Shown: positions 25,201 through 37,481, numbered from the stretch's first letter. The stretch is 64,000 nucleotides of DNA from Scyliorhinus canicula (GCF_902713615.1 NW_024055441.1:1-64000); one strand, 5' to 3'. Notes: generated from the letters alone by a model not told the origin. Translations and numbers: made by a program.

Positions 25201-26490
25201 GAGACTTCCAGTGGCAGTTATGCAGCAGTAAGCCACACATGTGGGAGCTCCCGTTTTAAAGCGATTTTTCGGCTCTTTTGAGAGCCCAAAACGGAAATTT
25301 TTCGACGTCTCCCGGTGGGGGAAGGTGTGCTGAACGACTTTCCCTGCAGTCCATGACTCGAACTCGGAGTGGAAAGGTGGAAAAAACAGCAGCAGCTCCT
25401 CAGAAAAAACGGGGGAAGGGATCCAAGATGGCCACCGACAGAGCTCCAGAGGAGTGGAAGCTCTGGGCCCAGAAACAACAAACTGATCTCCTGCGCTGCT
25501 TTAAAGAATTCAAGGATGAAGTACTGAGCTCTCTGCAGGAAACAAACAGAAGGCTGTCAGAGATTCAGTCCACCCAGGGTGCTGCCATCAAGAAGTTGCA
25601 GACGCAGGCCATTGAACGAGAGGAGGAGGCCGTGGTCCTCGTGAGTAAGGTGGAGGGGCACGAAGCACTCCACAAGAAGTGGCAGGAACGCTTCGAGGAG
25701 CTGGATCACCGCATGAGGCGGAAAAACCTGCGGATCTTGGGCCTTGCGGAGGGCTGGAGGGATCGGACCTGACAGCCTATGTGGCTGTAATGCTGAATTC
25801 GCTAGTGGGGCCGGGTCTCTCCATCTGCCCCTGGAGCTGGAGGGAGCACACAGAGTACTGGCCAGGAGGCCTAAGGAGAATGAACCCCCGCGTGCGGTGC
25901 TGGTGAGGTTCCACCGGTTCAGTGATCGGGACTGCGTGCTGCGCTGGGCCAAGAAGGTGAAGAGCAGCAATTGGGAGAATGGGGTAGTGCGGATCTACCA
26001 GGACTGGAGTGCGGAGGTGGCTAAGCGGCAGTCCGGATTTAATCGGACGAAAGAGGTGCTTTATAGAAAAACGATAAAGTTCAGAATGTTGCAGCCCGCG
26101 CGCCTGTGGGTAACTTATTCGGACCGGCACCATTATTTCTATTCCCCGAGGAGGCGTGGGCCTTCGTGCGGACGGAGAAACTGGACTTGAACTAGGGGTT
26201 GGGGGTTGCGAGGTCGGCTGTAAGATATTAGTGCTGGATTCGGCTGTTGCTGTGTTCTCTTTTTCTTCGGTTTTTTTTCGTCTTGTTTTAGTACTTTTGC
26301 AATTTTGATATGGTTTTTACGGAGGGGTTGTTCTGCTATGTTTTTGTTTTTGTGCTTGGGCATTGTTTGGGCTGTGTATCTTGCGGGGAGGGTCGGGGGG
26401 TATGTTGTATTCTATGTCGGAGTGGGGGTATGGAGGGGGGCTGATATTTGGGAGCTGCGTCAGAAGGGTGTGGTGGGGCAGGGCGAAGCG
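25201..26490 (+). mobile_element. L1-clade 5' end: 5'UTR + ORF1 (coiled-coil/RRM/CTD type) with frameshifts, opposite orientation to the adjacent 3' part
   Basis: MTRTRSGK...(ATG 25353) FEELDHRMRRKNLRILGLAEG / LELEGAHRVLARRP...PRAVLVRFHRFSDRD...VRIYQDWSAEVAKRQ, typical of L1 ORF1p. Confidence 0.85.
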
Positions 26491-28859
26491 CGGTGTTTTT
26501 TTAAATTCACCTATATGTTCAGTTTAAAATGCTCTTTCCGAACATAATTTGTTCCTGCAATCATAGCCTGGCTTTACTTCAATGTTCTATCTTGGTGAGA
26601 TAGATGGATGCAGCTTTATCTCTCCTTCCAACTGTTTAAATGCGTTTGAAATATGGTCCAATATGAATAAAATGTGGTAAAGTTTCAAAAATATTTTGAC
26701 ATACCCCACATACTCGCAGTGATATGACTGTTGTTCTGTATTTTATTTAGTTTGATAATTCATACTTTAGGTGGAGAACTGGTTTGCTGGATTCAATATT
26801 CAGATGTTTGTGAAATGTTACGTTTGATTCTGTTGAATGTAGAATTGAGCTGTTTCTCAATGAAACGGGTTGGGTCCTTACGATAAGTTTTGACGTGTTC
26901 CTGCTGAGGAGATAGTGTGTCTGGGTGACTTTGAATAAGTACAATTTGTGAAGCAGTTTTCTGTTTCTTCGTTGTTTCTGCATTGTTCAAACTGGGTGAC
27001 ATTGAGCAGTTATACGTTTTCTGGTTAAATGTAGAAAGGTTTGGGCGTTTGAATCTCCTTGAAGCACAATGGTAGGGAGTAAACGCGGCAGGTTTCGAAA
27101 ATAAAGAAAGGAATAAAAGATTTGAGAGACATTTTTAAATTTTACCTAATGGTGACTGATTAAACTAAACCATGGCGTCATTAAGAACGCAATTCGTTAC
27201 TGCAATCTGAAACTATTTAATTAAAACGTTTTCAAATTAGCGAGTAAAATTAATATAACTTAAACAATTATAATGCGGTGTTATAACCATATTATCCAAA
27301 TATGTTTTCCTATTAATATCACTAATGATCAACCACCTTCCACAATTCTGCTGTGCTCTGCACACCATTAGCATGGCCGGAAAATTTCTGGGCTGGGAAT
27401 ATTTTGTGATTATTTATGAAACTGTTTTAATAATAACATACTGATTCTACAGCACTGTTCAGTTGCACAAGATATATTTAAATTATTTTTTATTTCTCTG
27501 ATTACGTTTGCAGTTACTTATATTGTTTTATAATGCAGTTTGGCAATTTATGTATCCGATTATTGTATTATTTATGTACAGAAGCTCGAATATTATCTCT
27601 TCACCGTCATTTGTCATTGTCTCTAATCTAATCATAAAGGGTTTCTCAGAGGTGGAAGTCGCTGACAGTGCACAGGGCTGGAGACACAGTAAAAGCTTGA
27701 AATGCAAAAAACAAAAATTACAAAAGGAAAATATTAGCTTTGCAAAAAATAATAACGTCCTATCTCGCATAGCTGTGCTGTACACAATATAGCATTATAG
27801 AAATAAAACAAATTATACAATAGAAGAATAGATTATATCTGAGCCTCAAGCTTATTTCTTATTAAATCATAAATTGAACAAGAACATTTCTCCATCATTT
27901 TCTCATTATGTTTCAGTGCTGTAGAGGATCTAACTCAGTAATTTTCGTTAAGTTTTGCACTGATTAATTTGGATCTCCTTTCTTTAAGCAATATTTTCAA
28001 TAATAAAGTTAATCGAATTGCCTGAATGATTAAATCTCGGAAACACTTTTATTGATCACAAACTACCAAGGACTTTATTATTAGAGAAATAGTTTCGAGT
28101 TACAACAGTTTAGCAATTTGGGAGTACCGCTTTAACAAACAGATGATATATTACACATGTCTGAATTATTCCATCCGATAATTTGAAGTTTAATATTTAA
28201 TTAAATCCAAATTATTTAGCAAATTTCAGGCAGGAGCAGGTTTTGAATTACAGAGAACCATTTTTTATTATTTATATTATAGAGTACAAATCAGCTGACA
28301 GGTCAACTAATTGACAATTGGCAATAACTTGCAACGTGACATTAGTACTAACTAATTCAACATAAATTAATCCTACAATTGAGTAGTACACTGGCGTGCG
28401 ATATCAAAGCTATTAGAGAATGTTTAATTGTACTGAAAATAATTTAGAAAACAATACATTTATTTACTCAGGTTGAAGAGGTGACCCGCCTCGATTGTTT
28501 TATTGATTATATTTAATTAGAAAATTGCATCAAATCAGGTCATCAGTTTCCAATGTGAATGTTTCCTGGTTTGTTTATTTCTTAGCAAACACTGGATCTT
28601 TGTCACGGACATTAAACTTCCCTCAATCTGTTATGTTTAATGTGGTCATTCTCAGTGATAATACATTGTGCCCAGTTCAGACAGACAGGGAGAAATACCT
28701 GAAAGGCGAAGGGAGCTTTGAAATTAATATCAGTTTCATTTCAAAGAGGTTATTGAATTCTTATTGTGGTCAGTTGACCATTTATCAATTAGAATCGAGC
28801 AGTTTGAATGATTCGTTCCCCTGTGTTTCAGAATGTAATTTGACAGACTAAATACTCTC

Positions 28860-30430
28860 TCATGCGCACACTGTTTCTCCCTCACACACTCCCTCTCTCC
28901 CACAAACCCGGGCTATTCCTCAAACACACAGACACTCTCTCTCACAGACACTCTCACATACACAATAGCTCTTCAAAAACACACAGCCTCTCTCCCTCAC
29001 ACACATTCGGTCACCCACACGCACTGCCTCACTCTCTCATTCTCTTACATACTCACTGTCTCCAACTTTCTCTCTCTACAACTCTCCCTCACACACCAAC
29101 AGACTGTCACTCGCTCTCACCCATGCACAGGCACATTATTCCTCTCTCTCTTTCACATGCAATCTCCCTCTCTCGCACTCTCTCTCACACACTCTCTCTT
29201 ACAAGTCTTACCAATCTCACTCACATAAAAAATCATTCGCAGACACACACTCACACACATGCACTGTCCCACACGTCTCTCTCACTCAAAACGCTATCTC
29301 ACATACAGGCTCTCTCACACATTCGCTCTCTCACACATACACTCTCTCACGCATACGCTCTCTCTCACGCACACACACACTCTGACGTGCATAATCTCTC
29401 GCACGGACGCGCTCTCACGCTCTCACGCACACGCTCTCTCACACACACGGCCTCTCGCACACACATGCTCTCTTGTACTCCTGCTCTCTCGCACATATAT
29501 CCTCTCTTGCATACATGTTCTCTTATGCACATGCGCTCTGATACTCACACTCTCTCGCACAAACTCTCTCACTCACTCACTCACACTCATGTTTGCTGAC
29601 TCACATGCTCTCTCACGCACATGCTTTCTCACACACATGCTCTGTTGCACACATGCTCTCTCACACATATACTCTCCCACACATGCGTTCTCACACACAC
29701 GCTCTCTCACACACATATCTCTCACACTCACGCTCTCTTGCACACACGCTCCCTCACACACATGCCCTCACACTCACATGCTCTCTCATACACTCACTCT
29801 CTCACACTCATGCTCTCTCATTCCCGCTTGCGCACACGCTCTCTCACTCACATGCTCTCACACATGCTCTCTCGTACTCATGCTCCCTCGCACACATGCT
29901 CTCACACACAAATGCTCTCACACATGCTCTCTCGCACACATGCTCTCACACACACATGCTCTCACACATGTTCTCTTGCCCACATGCTGTCTCGTGCACA
30001 CTTTTTCTCACACATGCTCTCTCACACATGCTCTCTCACACATATGCTCCCTTGCACACATGCTCTCTCACACATATGCTCTGTTACACACTCTCTCACA
30101 CACATGTCTGGCGCACATGCTATCTCACATACATGCTGTCTCACACACAGTTTTGCGCACAGTCTCTTTCCTGTGGACACTATTTTGCTCCCTCATACAC
30201 ACACATCCTCTCGCTCGCACAAATACACACAATGACGCTCTCACACACAGATATTCTCTGACACACAGAGATACTCTCTCTCACACACACACTCACACGT
30301 ATACTCTCTCTCCCACTCTCTTGATCCATCTCTCGCATGCATGCAGACACATACATAGACACAAACACACTCTCCCTCTCACACACACATACACTCAGAC
30401 ACGCACACACTTTCAGATACACAGACGAGA
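28860..30430. repeat. CA/CT-rich low-complexity satellite (ctctcacacacatgct-like motif)
   Basis: Top strand strongly G-poor; source of the long spurious His/Ser/Thr/Leu ORFs. Confidence 0.9.
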
Positions 30431-30609
30431 GCGACTGAATCTCATATCAGTCATAAAAATAATAATCTTCATTATTGTCACAAGTGGGCTCACATTAACA
30501 CTCCAATGAAGGTTCTGTGAAAATCCCCGACACGCCACACTCTGGCACCTGTTCGGGTGCTAACCACTGTGCTACAGTGCCGCCAAATCACGGCCTTATT
30601 TAAACGTGT

Positions 30610-31510
30610 GGCCTCGGGGAGCCCAACCAAAGAATGAATGGATGGGAATCAGGAGAACAATCTCCGCTGGTTGGAGTCATAACCAGCACCAAGGTAGATG
30701 GATTCCATTGCTGGAGGTTAATCATCTCAATTCCAGGACATCACTGCGAGACTTCTTCAGGGCAGTGTCCTCGGACAAACCATCTTCAGCTTATTCATCA
30801 ATGACCTTTTCATCATAATGTCTGAACTGGGATTGTTCTCAGATGATTACACCAAGCTCAGCACAATTTGCAACTGTGCAGTCACTGAATAAATCTATGT
30901 GTAAATAAAGCAACATGGAGACTACATCAGCTTCTGGCTGACAAGTGGTAAGTAACAGTCAAGTCACCCAATCGAAGGCAATGCCCACCTCCAGTAAGAA
31001 CGGATCTAACCACCGCCCCTTGACATTCACTGCCATTACCATCATTGAATCCCCACTCGGAACCTCCTGGGGGTTCACATGGACCAGAAAGTGATCTGGA
31101 CGAATCATATAAATTTTGAGGCCAGAAGAACAGATCAACGGTGAGGAGTCCTGCGGTGAAAAACTCATCTCCTAACTCCCCAAAGCCTGTCCACCATCTA
31201 AAGATCCGCTGCAGAAACTCATCATGTCTCCTTAGGCAGCACCTTCCAAACCCATGACAGCGGCCATCTGGACAAGGACAGCAGACACATGGGAACACCG
31301 CCAACTGGAAGCTCAACTCCAAGTCACTCAGCATCATGACTATAAAATATATCACCGTTCCTTCACTGCCGCTGGTTCAAAACCATGGAACTGACTCGGG
31401 GAAACACCACATGGACTGCACTGGTTAAAGAAGGAAGCTCGCCACCTTCTCAAAGGCAGTGAGGGGTGGAAAATAAATGCTGGCCCAACCAGAGACGTCT
31501 GCATCACAAG
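30610..31510 (+). mobile_element. Old CR1/L2-like LINE RT and 3' fragment
   Basis: Degenerate LRWLES.. QGSVLG.. FINDL.. F(S)DD motifs; its 3' tail is shared with repeats at about 9410-9650 and 17570-17830. Confidence 0.6.
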
Positions 31511-31662
31511 AATGAATTAACAGAACACGCTCTCCGTGATACAATATGGCAAGAATTTTACAGGCAGAAAAATCCCATTTGCAAAATGAAAATCCATTAA
31601 GTTGCAGGAATGATCATTGTCCCAGTTCTAAATTATTTGTGGAAAACGAAATTACATCGGCA

Positions 31663-31855
31663 TTAAAGCAGCTGCCCAGTGATCTACACTGCTGTCTGAC
31701 TGTACACAGCCGGTGTTATTGAAAGTATTAAAGCAGCTGCCCAGTGATCTACACTGCTGTCTGACTGTACACAGCCGGTGTTACTGAAAGTATTAAAGTA
31801 GCTGCCCAGTGATCTACACTGCTGTCTGACTGTACACAGCCCGTGTTACTGAAAG
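31663..31855. repeat. 65-bp tandem repeat x3
   Basis: ttaaagcagctgcccagtgatctacactgctgtctgactgtacacagccggtgtta(t/c)tgaaagta starting at 31663, 31728 and 31793. Confidence 0.9.
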
Positions 31856-32039
31856 CTGATCAATGTGGAGAATCAGAACAGGATGGATGGAGAGGAAGAG
31901 GAGGAGGTGGGGGTGGTGGAGCCGAATGGAGGAGCCCCCAGCACGGCTGTGGACAACAGGCAACAGAAAGCTGAGCCTGAGCGGAATGTCATCCAGAGAA
32001 ACATCGTCCTAATGGGCTGGGAGCACCTGGGAATCATCA

Positions 32040-35000
32040 CTCAGCCACGGTCACTCACTCACTCACTCACTCACTCGCCCTCACTCACCTATCTTCACTC
32101 ATTCACTTACCCTCACCTGTCTTCACTCATTCACTTACACTCACTCGCCATCACTCATTGATCCTCACGCACACATCCTCAATGATAAACCTTTCCTTAA
32201 CCACCCTCACACCCACCCTCTCACCGACGGTCACTCACTCATCCTCACTCACCCACCCTCTCTGACACATTCTCAATCACCCACGCTCACTCACGCACCC
32301 TCCTTGACACACCATCACTCACACACACACCCTGACACACACACACTCGCCCAACCTCCCTGACACACTCTCACCCACCTACCCTCCCTGACACTCTCAC
32401 CCACCCACCCTCCCTGACACTCTCACTCACCCACCCTCCCTGACACACTCTCACCCACCCACCCTCCCTGACACACTCTCACCCACCCACCCTCCCTGAC
32501 ACACTCTCACTCACCCACCCTCCCTGACACACTCTCACTCACCCACCCTCCCTGACACACACACACTCACCCACCCTCCCTGACACACACACACTCACAC
32601 ACCCTCCCTGACACATTCTCACTCACCCACCCTCCCTGACACACTCTCACTCACCCACCCTCCCTGACACAGTCTCACTCACCCACCTTCCCTGACACAC
32701 TCTCACACACCCACCCTCTCTGACACACCCTCACTCACCCGCCCTCACACACCCTCATTCAGTAACACACCCTCACTCACTACCTCACCCACACTCACCT
32801 TCACTCACCCACCTGCCCTCACTCACCCACCCTACCTGACACACTCTCACTCACCCACCCTCCTTGACACACTCTCACTCACCCACCCTCCCTTACACAC
32901 TGTCTCTCACCCACCCTCCCTGACACACACTCACCCACCTTCCCTGACACACTCTCACTCACCCACCCTACATGACACACTATCATTCACCCATCCTCCC
33001 TGGCACACTCTCACTCACCCACCCTCCTTGACATACTCACACTCACCCACCCTCCCTGACACACACTCACCCACCCTCCCCGACACAATCTCACTCACCC
33101 ACCCTCACTGACACACTCTCACTCACCCACCCTCCCCGACACAATCTCACTCACCCATCCTCCCTGACACACTCTCACTCACCCACCCCTCTGACACAAT
33201 CTCACTCACCCACCCTCACTGACACACTCTCACTCACCCACCCACCCTGACACACACACGCACCGCCACCATCACTGACACATTCTCACCCACCCACCCT
33301 CCCTGACACACTCTCATTCATCAACCCTCCCTGACAGACTCTCACTCACCCACCCTCCCTGACACACTCTCACTCACCCACCCTCCCTGACACACTCGCA
33401 CTCACCCATCCTCCCTGACACTCACTCACTCACCCACTCTCACTCACCCACCCTCACTGACCCACATACCCTGACACACTCTCACTCACACACCCTCACC
33501 CACCCTCCCTGACACACCCGCACTCACCCATCCTCCCTGACACTCACTCACTCACCCACCCTCACTCACCCACCCTCACTGACCCACCCACCCTGACACA
33601 CTCTCACTCACGCACCCTCCCTGACACACTGTCACTCACCCACCCTCACTCACCCACCCTCACTCACACACCCTCACTCACACACCCTCCCTGACACTCT
33701 GTCACTCACCTACCCTCACTCACCCACCCTCACTCACACACCCTCACTCACACACCCACCCTGACACACTGTCACTCACCCACCCTCACCCACCCACCCT
33801 CACTCACACACCCTCCCTGACACACTTTCACCCACCCACCCTCCCTGACACACCCTCACTGACCCACCCTCCCTGAAACACTCTCAGTCACCCATGCTCC
33901 CTGACACTCACTCACTCACCCACCTCACACCCACCCTCCCTGACACACTCTCACTGACCCATCCTCCCTGACACACTCTCACTCACCCACCCTCCTTGAC
34001 ACACACTCACTCACCCACCCTCCCTGACACACATTCACTCACCCACCCTGACACACACACACTCACCCACCCTGACACACTCTCACTCACACACCCTCAT
34101 ACACACACCCTCACTCTCCTACCCTCACTCACACGCCCTCACACACACACGCTCACCCATCCGCATTCAACATCACTCACTCACCCTCATTGACTCGTTC
34201 TTACATGCCCAACCTAACTCGTAACCCTCAATCACACACCCTCACCCACTCCCACTCGCTCACCTACCCCTATTCACTCACCCACCCTCACTCATTCCCA
34301 CATACCCTCATTCAGTAACCCACCCTCACTTACACATTCTCGCTCCCCCTCACTCAAATACCATCACCCACCCTAATTCGGCCACACTCACTCCCTCACC
34401 CTCCCACCCACCATCGCACTCTAATCCTCCCTCACTCACCCAGCCTCACCTATTCACCCTCACTTACAAAGACTGGCACCCACCCTCTTTCACACGCCTT
34501 CACTCACAGATCCTCACTCACACACCCTCACTCATCCACATTCCCTCATACACCCTTATTCAGCCACCCTCACCAGACGCACCCACCCTCTGTCACCCAC
34601 TACCACTCACTCTCATTTACTCCCTCACCCTCACTCACTCTTACTCACCCACATTCACTCATTCACGCACCCTAATTCACCCTCACTCACACACCCAAAC
34701 TCATTCACTCACACACCCTCATCCACCCACATCCATCCCCTCACTCACCCTCACTCGCTCAACAACCATCACACATATACCCTCGCTCACCCACCCACAC
34801 TCATTCTCCGCCACTCACACACCCTGACGCACCCGCCCATCCTCACTGACTGTCACTGACTCTCACTACACAACCTCACTCACCCAGCTTCGCACATTCT
34901 CTGCGTTTCACTCACTCTCCCTCACCCACCCTGACTCATTCGGCCTCGATGACACAGCGTCGCCCATTTACCCTCACTCAGTCACTCACCCCTGATCTCT

Positions 35001-35100
35001 CACTTATCAACATTCATACATCCTCAATCACCCAACTCACTCACCCACACTCATTCCCCTACCCTCACTCGGTTACTCACTCATCCTTTCTCACGCATGC
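32040..35100. repeat. About 28-bp C-rich minisatellite (ctcacccaccctccctgacacactctca) with degenerate flanks
   Basis: Core about 32350-34100; the bottom strand carries GGGAGGGTGGG in each unit. Confidence 0.92.
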
Positions 35101-35160
35101 TCAGGACCGAGAACTGAAGACAAGTGGCGCTCGAATGTGGCTGCATGACACGGGATTGCC

Positions 35161-35600
35161 GGGAGCCGGAGGAAAGTGCAGAGAGCCGGAGGAAAGTATA
35201 GAGAGCCGGGGGAAGGGGCAGAGAGTCGGAGGGAAGTGCAGAGAGCCGGAGGAAAGTGTAGAGAGCCGGGGGAAAGCGCAGAGAGCCGGAGGATAGTGTA
35301 GACAGGGGGAGGAAAGTGTAGAGAGCCGGGGGAAGGGCAGAGAGCCGGGGGAAAGCGCAGAGAGCCAGGAGAAGGCACAGAGAGCCGGGGGAAGGGGCAG
35401 AGAGCCGGAGGAAAATGCAGAGAGCCGGGGGATGGTGCAGAGAGCCGGGGGAAGGCGCAGAGAGCCGGGGGAAGGGGCAGAGAGCTTGGGGAAGTGCAGA
35501 GAGCCTGGAGAATGAGCAGGGAGCCGGGGGAAGTGCAGGGAGCCGGGAACGGTGCAGAGCCGGGAGAAGTGTAGAGAGCCGGGGGAAGGCGCAGAGAACC
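35161..35600. repeat. About 20-bp purine-rich tandem repeat (agagagccggaggaaagtgc / agagagccgggggaagg)
   Basis: About 20 degenerate units; top strand G/A-rich. Confidence 0.88.
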
Positions 35601-35885
35601 GGAAGAAAGTCCATGGAGTGGGCGATAAGCGATAAGAATCGGGGTAAAGCGCACAGTGCTAGCGAAGGGCTCAAAGGGCCCGCGGAATGTGTCAGGAACC
35701 GGGAAAAGCCCAAAGAACTGGGAAAAGTGCAGCGCACATGGGAAAACACAATGAGCCGGAAAAAAATGCAAAGTCGAGGGAATGCAAAGACAGGCGGAGT
35801 GTGGAGTTAGCAGCACAATCAGGATCTTATTGAATGGGGGAGTAGGCTCGACGGGTAGAACGGCCGACTCCCGCTGTTCATGTTC

Positions 35886-36080
35886 AATTTTAGCATGGCC
35901 AACCCACCTAACCCACACATCTTTGGACTGTGGGAGGAAACCGAAGCACCCGGAGGAAACCCACGCACGCACGGGGAGGACGTGCAGACTCCACACAGAC
36001 AGTGACCCAGCCGGGAATCGAACCTGGGACCCTAGAGCTGTGAAGCATTTATGCTAACCACCATGCTACCGTGCTGCCCC
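35886..36080 (-). mobile_element. HE1-type SINE (5' two-thirds) upstream of Cmu1
   Basis: ggggcagcacggtagcatggtggttagcataaatgc... V core. Confidence 0.8.
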
Positions 36081-36244
36081 GCTGTGTATGGTATTTTTCA
36101 AGCAAAGTCACTACTCTCTGGTTTGGGGACTGGGGGTAGTGAGGTGGAGAGAGGAGGGGGCATCAGTCAGTTTGAACAAAGGGAATTTCCCAAAACTGCA
36201 AAGATACAAATGAAGAGACAACTTATTTATCACAAAGTGCTGTT

Positions 36245-36679
36245 GATTGTGACGTACACAGGTCAGTTAGCTGGATTGTGACGTACTCAGCTCAGTTAGC
36301 TGGATTGTGACGTACACAGCTCAGTTAGCTGGATTGTGACGTACACAGCCCAGTTAGCTGGATTGTGACGTACACAGCTGAGTTAGCTGGATTGTGACGT
36401 ACACAGCTCAGTTAGCTGGATTGTGACGTACACAGCTCAGTTAGCTGAATTATGACGTGCATAGCTCAGTTAGCTGGATTGTGACGTACACAGCTCAGTT
36501 TGCTGGATTGTGACGTACACCGCTGAGTTAGCTGGATTGTGACGTACACAGCTCAGTTAGCTGGATTCTGACGTACACAGCTCAGTTAGCTGGATTGTGA
36601 CGTACACAGCTCAGTCAGCTGGTTTGTGACGTACACAGCTCAGTTAGCTGGATTGTGACGTATACAGCTCAGTCAGCTG
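36245..36679. repeat. 29-bp tandem array x15, AGCT-dense
   Basis: Unit gattgtgacgtacacagctcagttagctg; 435 bp; 26 AGCT counted. Confidence 0.97.
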
Positions 36680-36880
36680 GGCAGCTGGTTCGTAATGAGG
36701 AGCGATCCGAACAGCGCGGGTCCAATTGCTGCACCGGCTGAGGTTATTCATAAAGACCCCCATTCTCAACCTTGCCCCTCGCCTGAGATGTGGTGACCCT
36801 CAGGTTAAATCACCATCAGTCAGCTCTCAGAAAGAGAGAGCAGTCTCCGAGACTATGGCCTCATTCACATTTTATATTAC
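36664..36880 (+). mobile_element. tRNA-derived SINE whose head overlaps the 29-bp array
   Basis: agctcagtcagctgggcagctggttcgtaatg...cagcgcgggtccaattgctgcaccggctg: A box plus a degenerate B box; the head resembles the SINE at 17325. Confidence 0.6.
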
Positions 36881-37181
36881 ATGGTGGCTGAAATAATGGC
36901 GAAAACGCTCTGCTCCTCTCTTTCAACCCAATGAAAGTTACACCATTCAGATTACATCAAAATGTGTTTCTTTCGATAGAGATGGAGAAAGAAATGTGGG
37001 TTTCTAAAGAGGGGGCAAAAAGTAGGTGAATCCCAACGATAGAACTGATTGAAGATTCAATGTGGATGTATGATTAAATCGGTAAATGTTAGGATAGTAC
37101 GAGTCAAATTATGAAATGCTTGGTTACTTATAAATCACGAATAGCAGAGTCTAACATGTTGGATCGGCCATTCTCTCCCAG

Positions 37182-37481
37182 CGACACCGTCTGCGCCCAC
37201 TCTCTACAGCCTGGTCTCCTCCTGCCAGCAACACAACACCGACGGCCCCGTAACCTTTGGCTGTTTGGCGATGGACTACTCCCCAGAAATCACCAGCCTT
37301 ACCTGGAAGAAAGATGGGCAGCTGATCACCAACGGAGTTAAGAAATATCCGTCAGTGAGAAACAAGAAGGGAACCTACACCCTAAGCAGCCAGTTAACCA
37401 TCACCGAGTCAGAGGGGGGATGCAGCAAAATCAGCTGTGAGGTTCGACACAGCGGCTCAGACAAGAGTATTGAAATACCAT
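37182..37481 (+). CDS. IGHM: IgM heavy chain constant exon Cmu1
   Basis: Acceptor ttctctcccag, donor gtaagt at 37482, phase 1/1, 300 nt open: (A)[45 protein letters not shown]...[37 protein letters not shown]1-set Cys/Trp/Cys pattern; strongly resembles shark Cmu1. Confidence 0.96.

Noticed and set aside
28200-28540. Octamer/E-box-like motifs (CAGCTG 28292, AATTGCAT 28523) as an intronic Ig enhancer
   Set aside because: Imperfect and sparse; not distinguishable from chance in AT-rich DNA without conservation data.
28862-30509. Long ORFs of 204-416 aa rich in H/S/T/L
   Set aside because: Products of the CA/CT satellite, which lacks stop codons; no protein-like complexity.
31865-32035. Acidic short ORF MENQNRMDGEEEEEV...
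   Set aside because: No recognisable domain or splice context; runs into the satellite; possibly TE debris.
34949-35996. ORFs up to 301 aa over the purine-rich repeat
   Set aside because: Translations of a tandem repeat and a SINE.
36245-36679. CRISPR-like regular repeats (also 31663-31855 and 63701-64000)
   Set aside because: Head-to-tail tandem units without unique spacers, in eukaryotic DNA.
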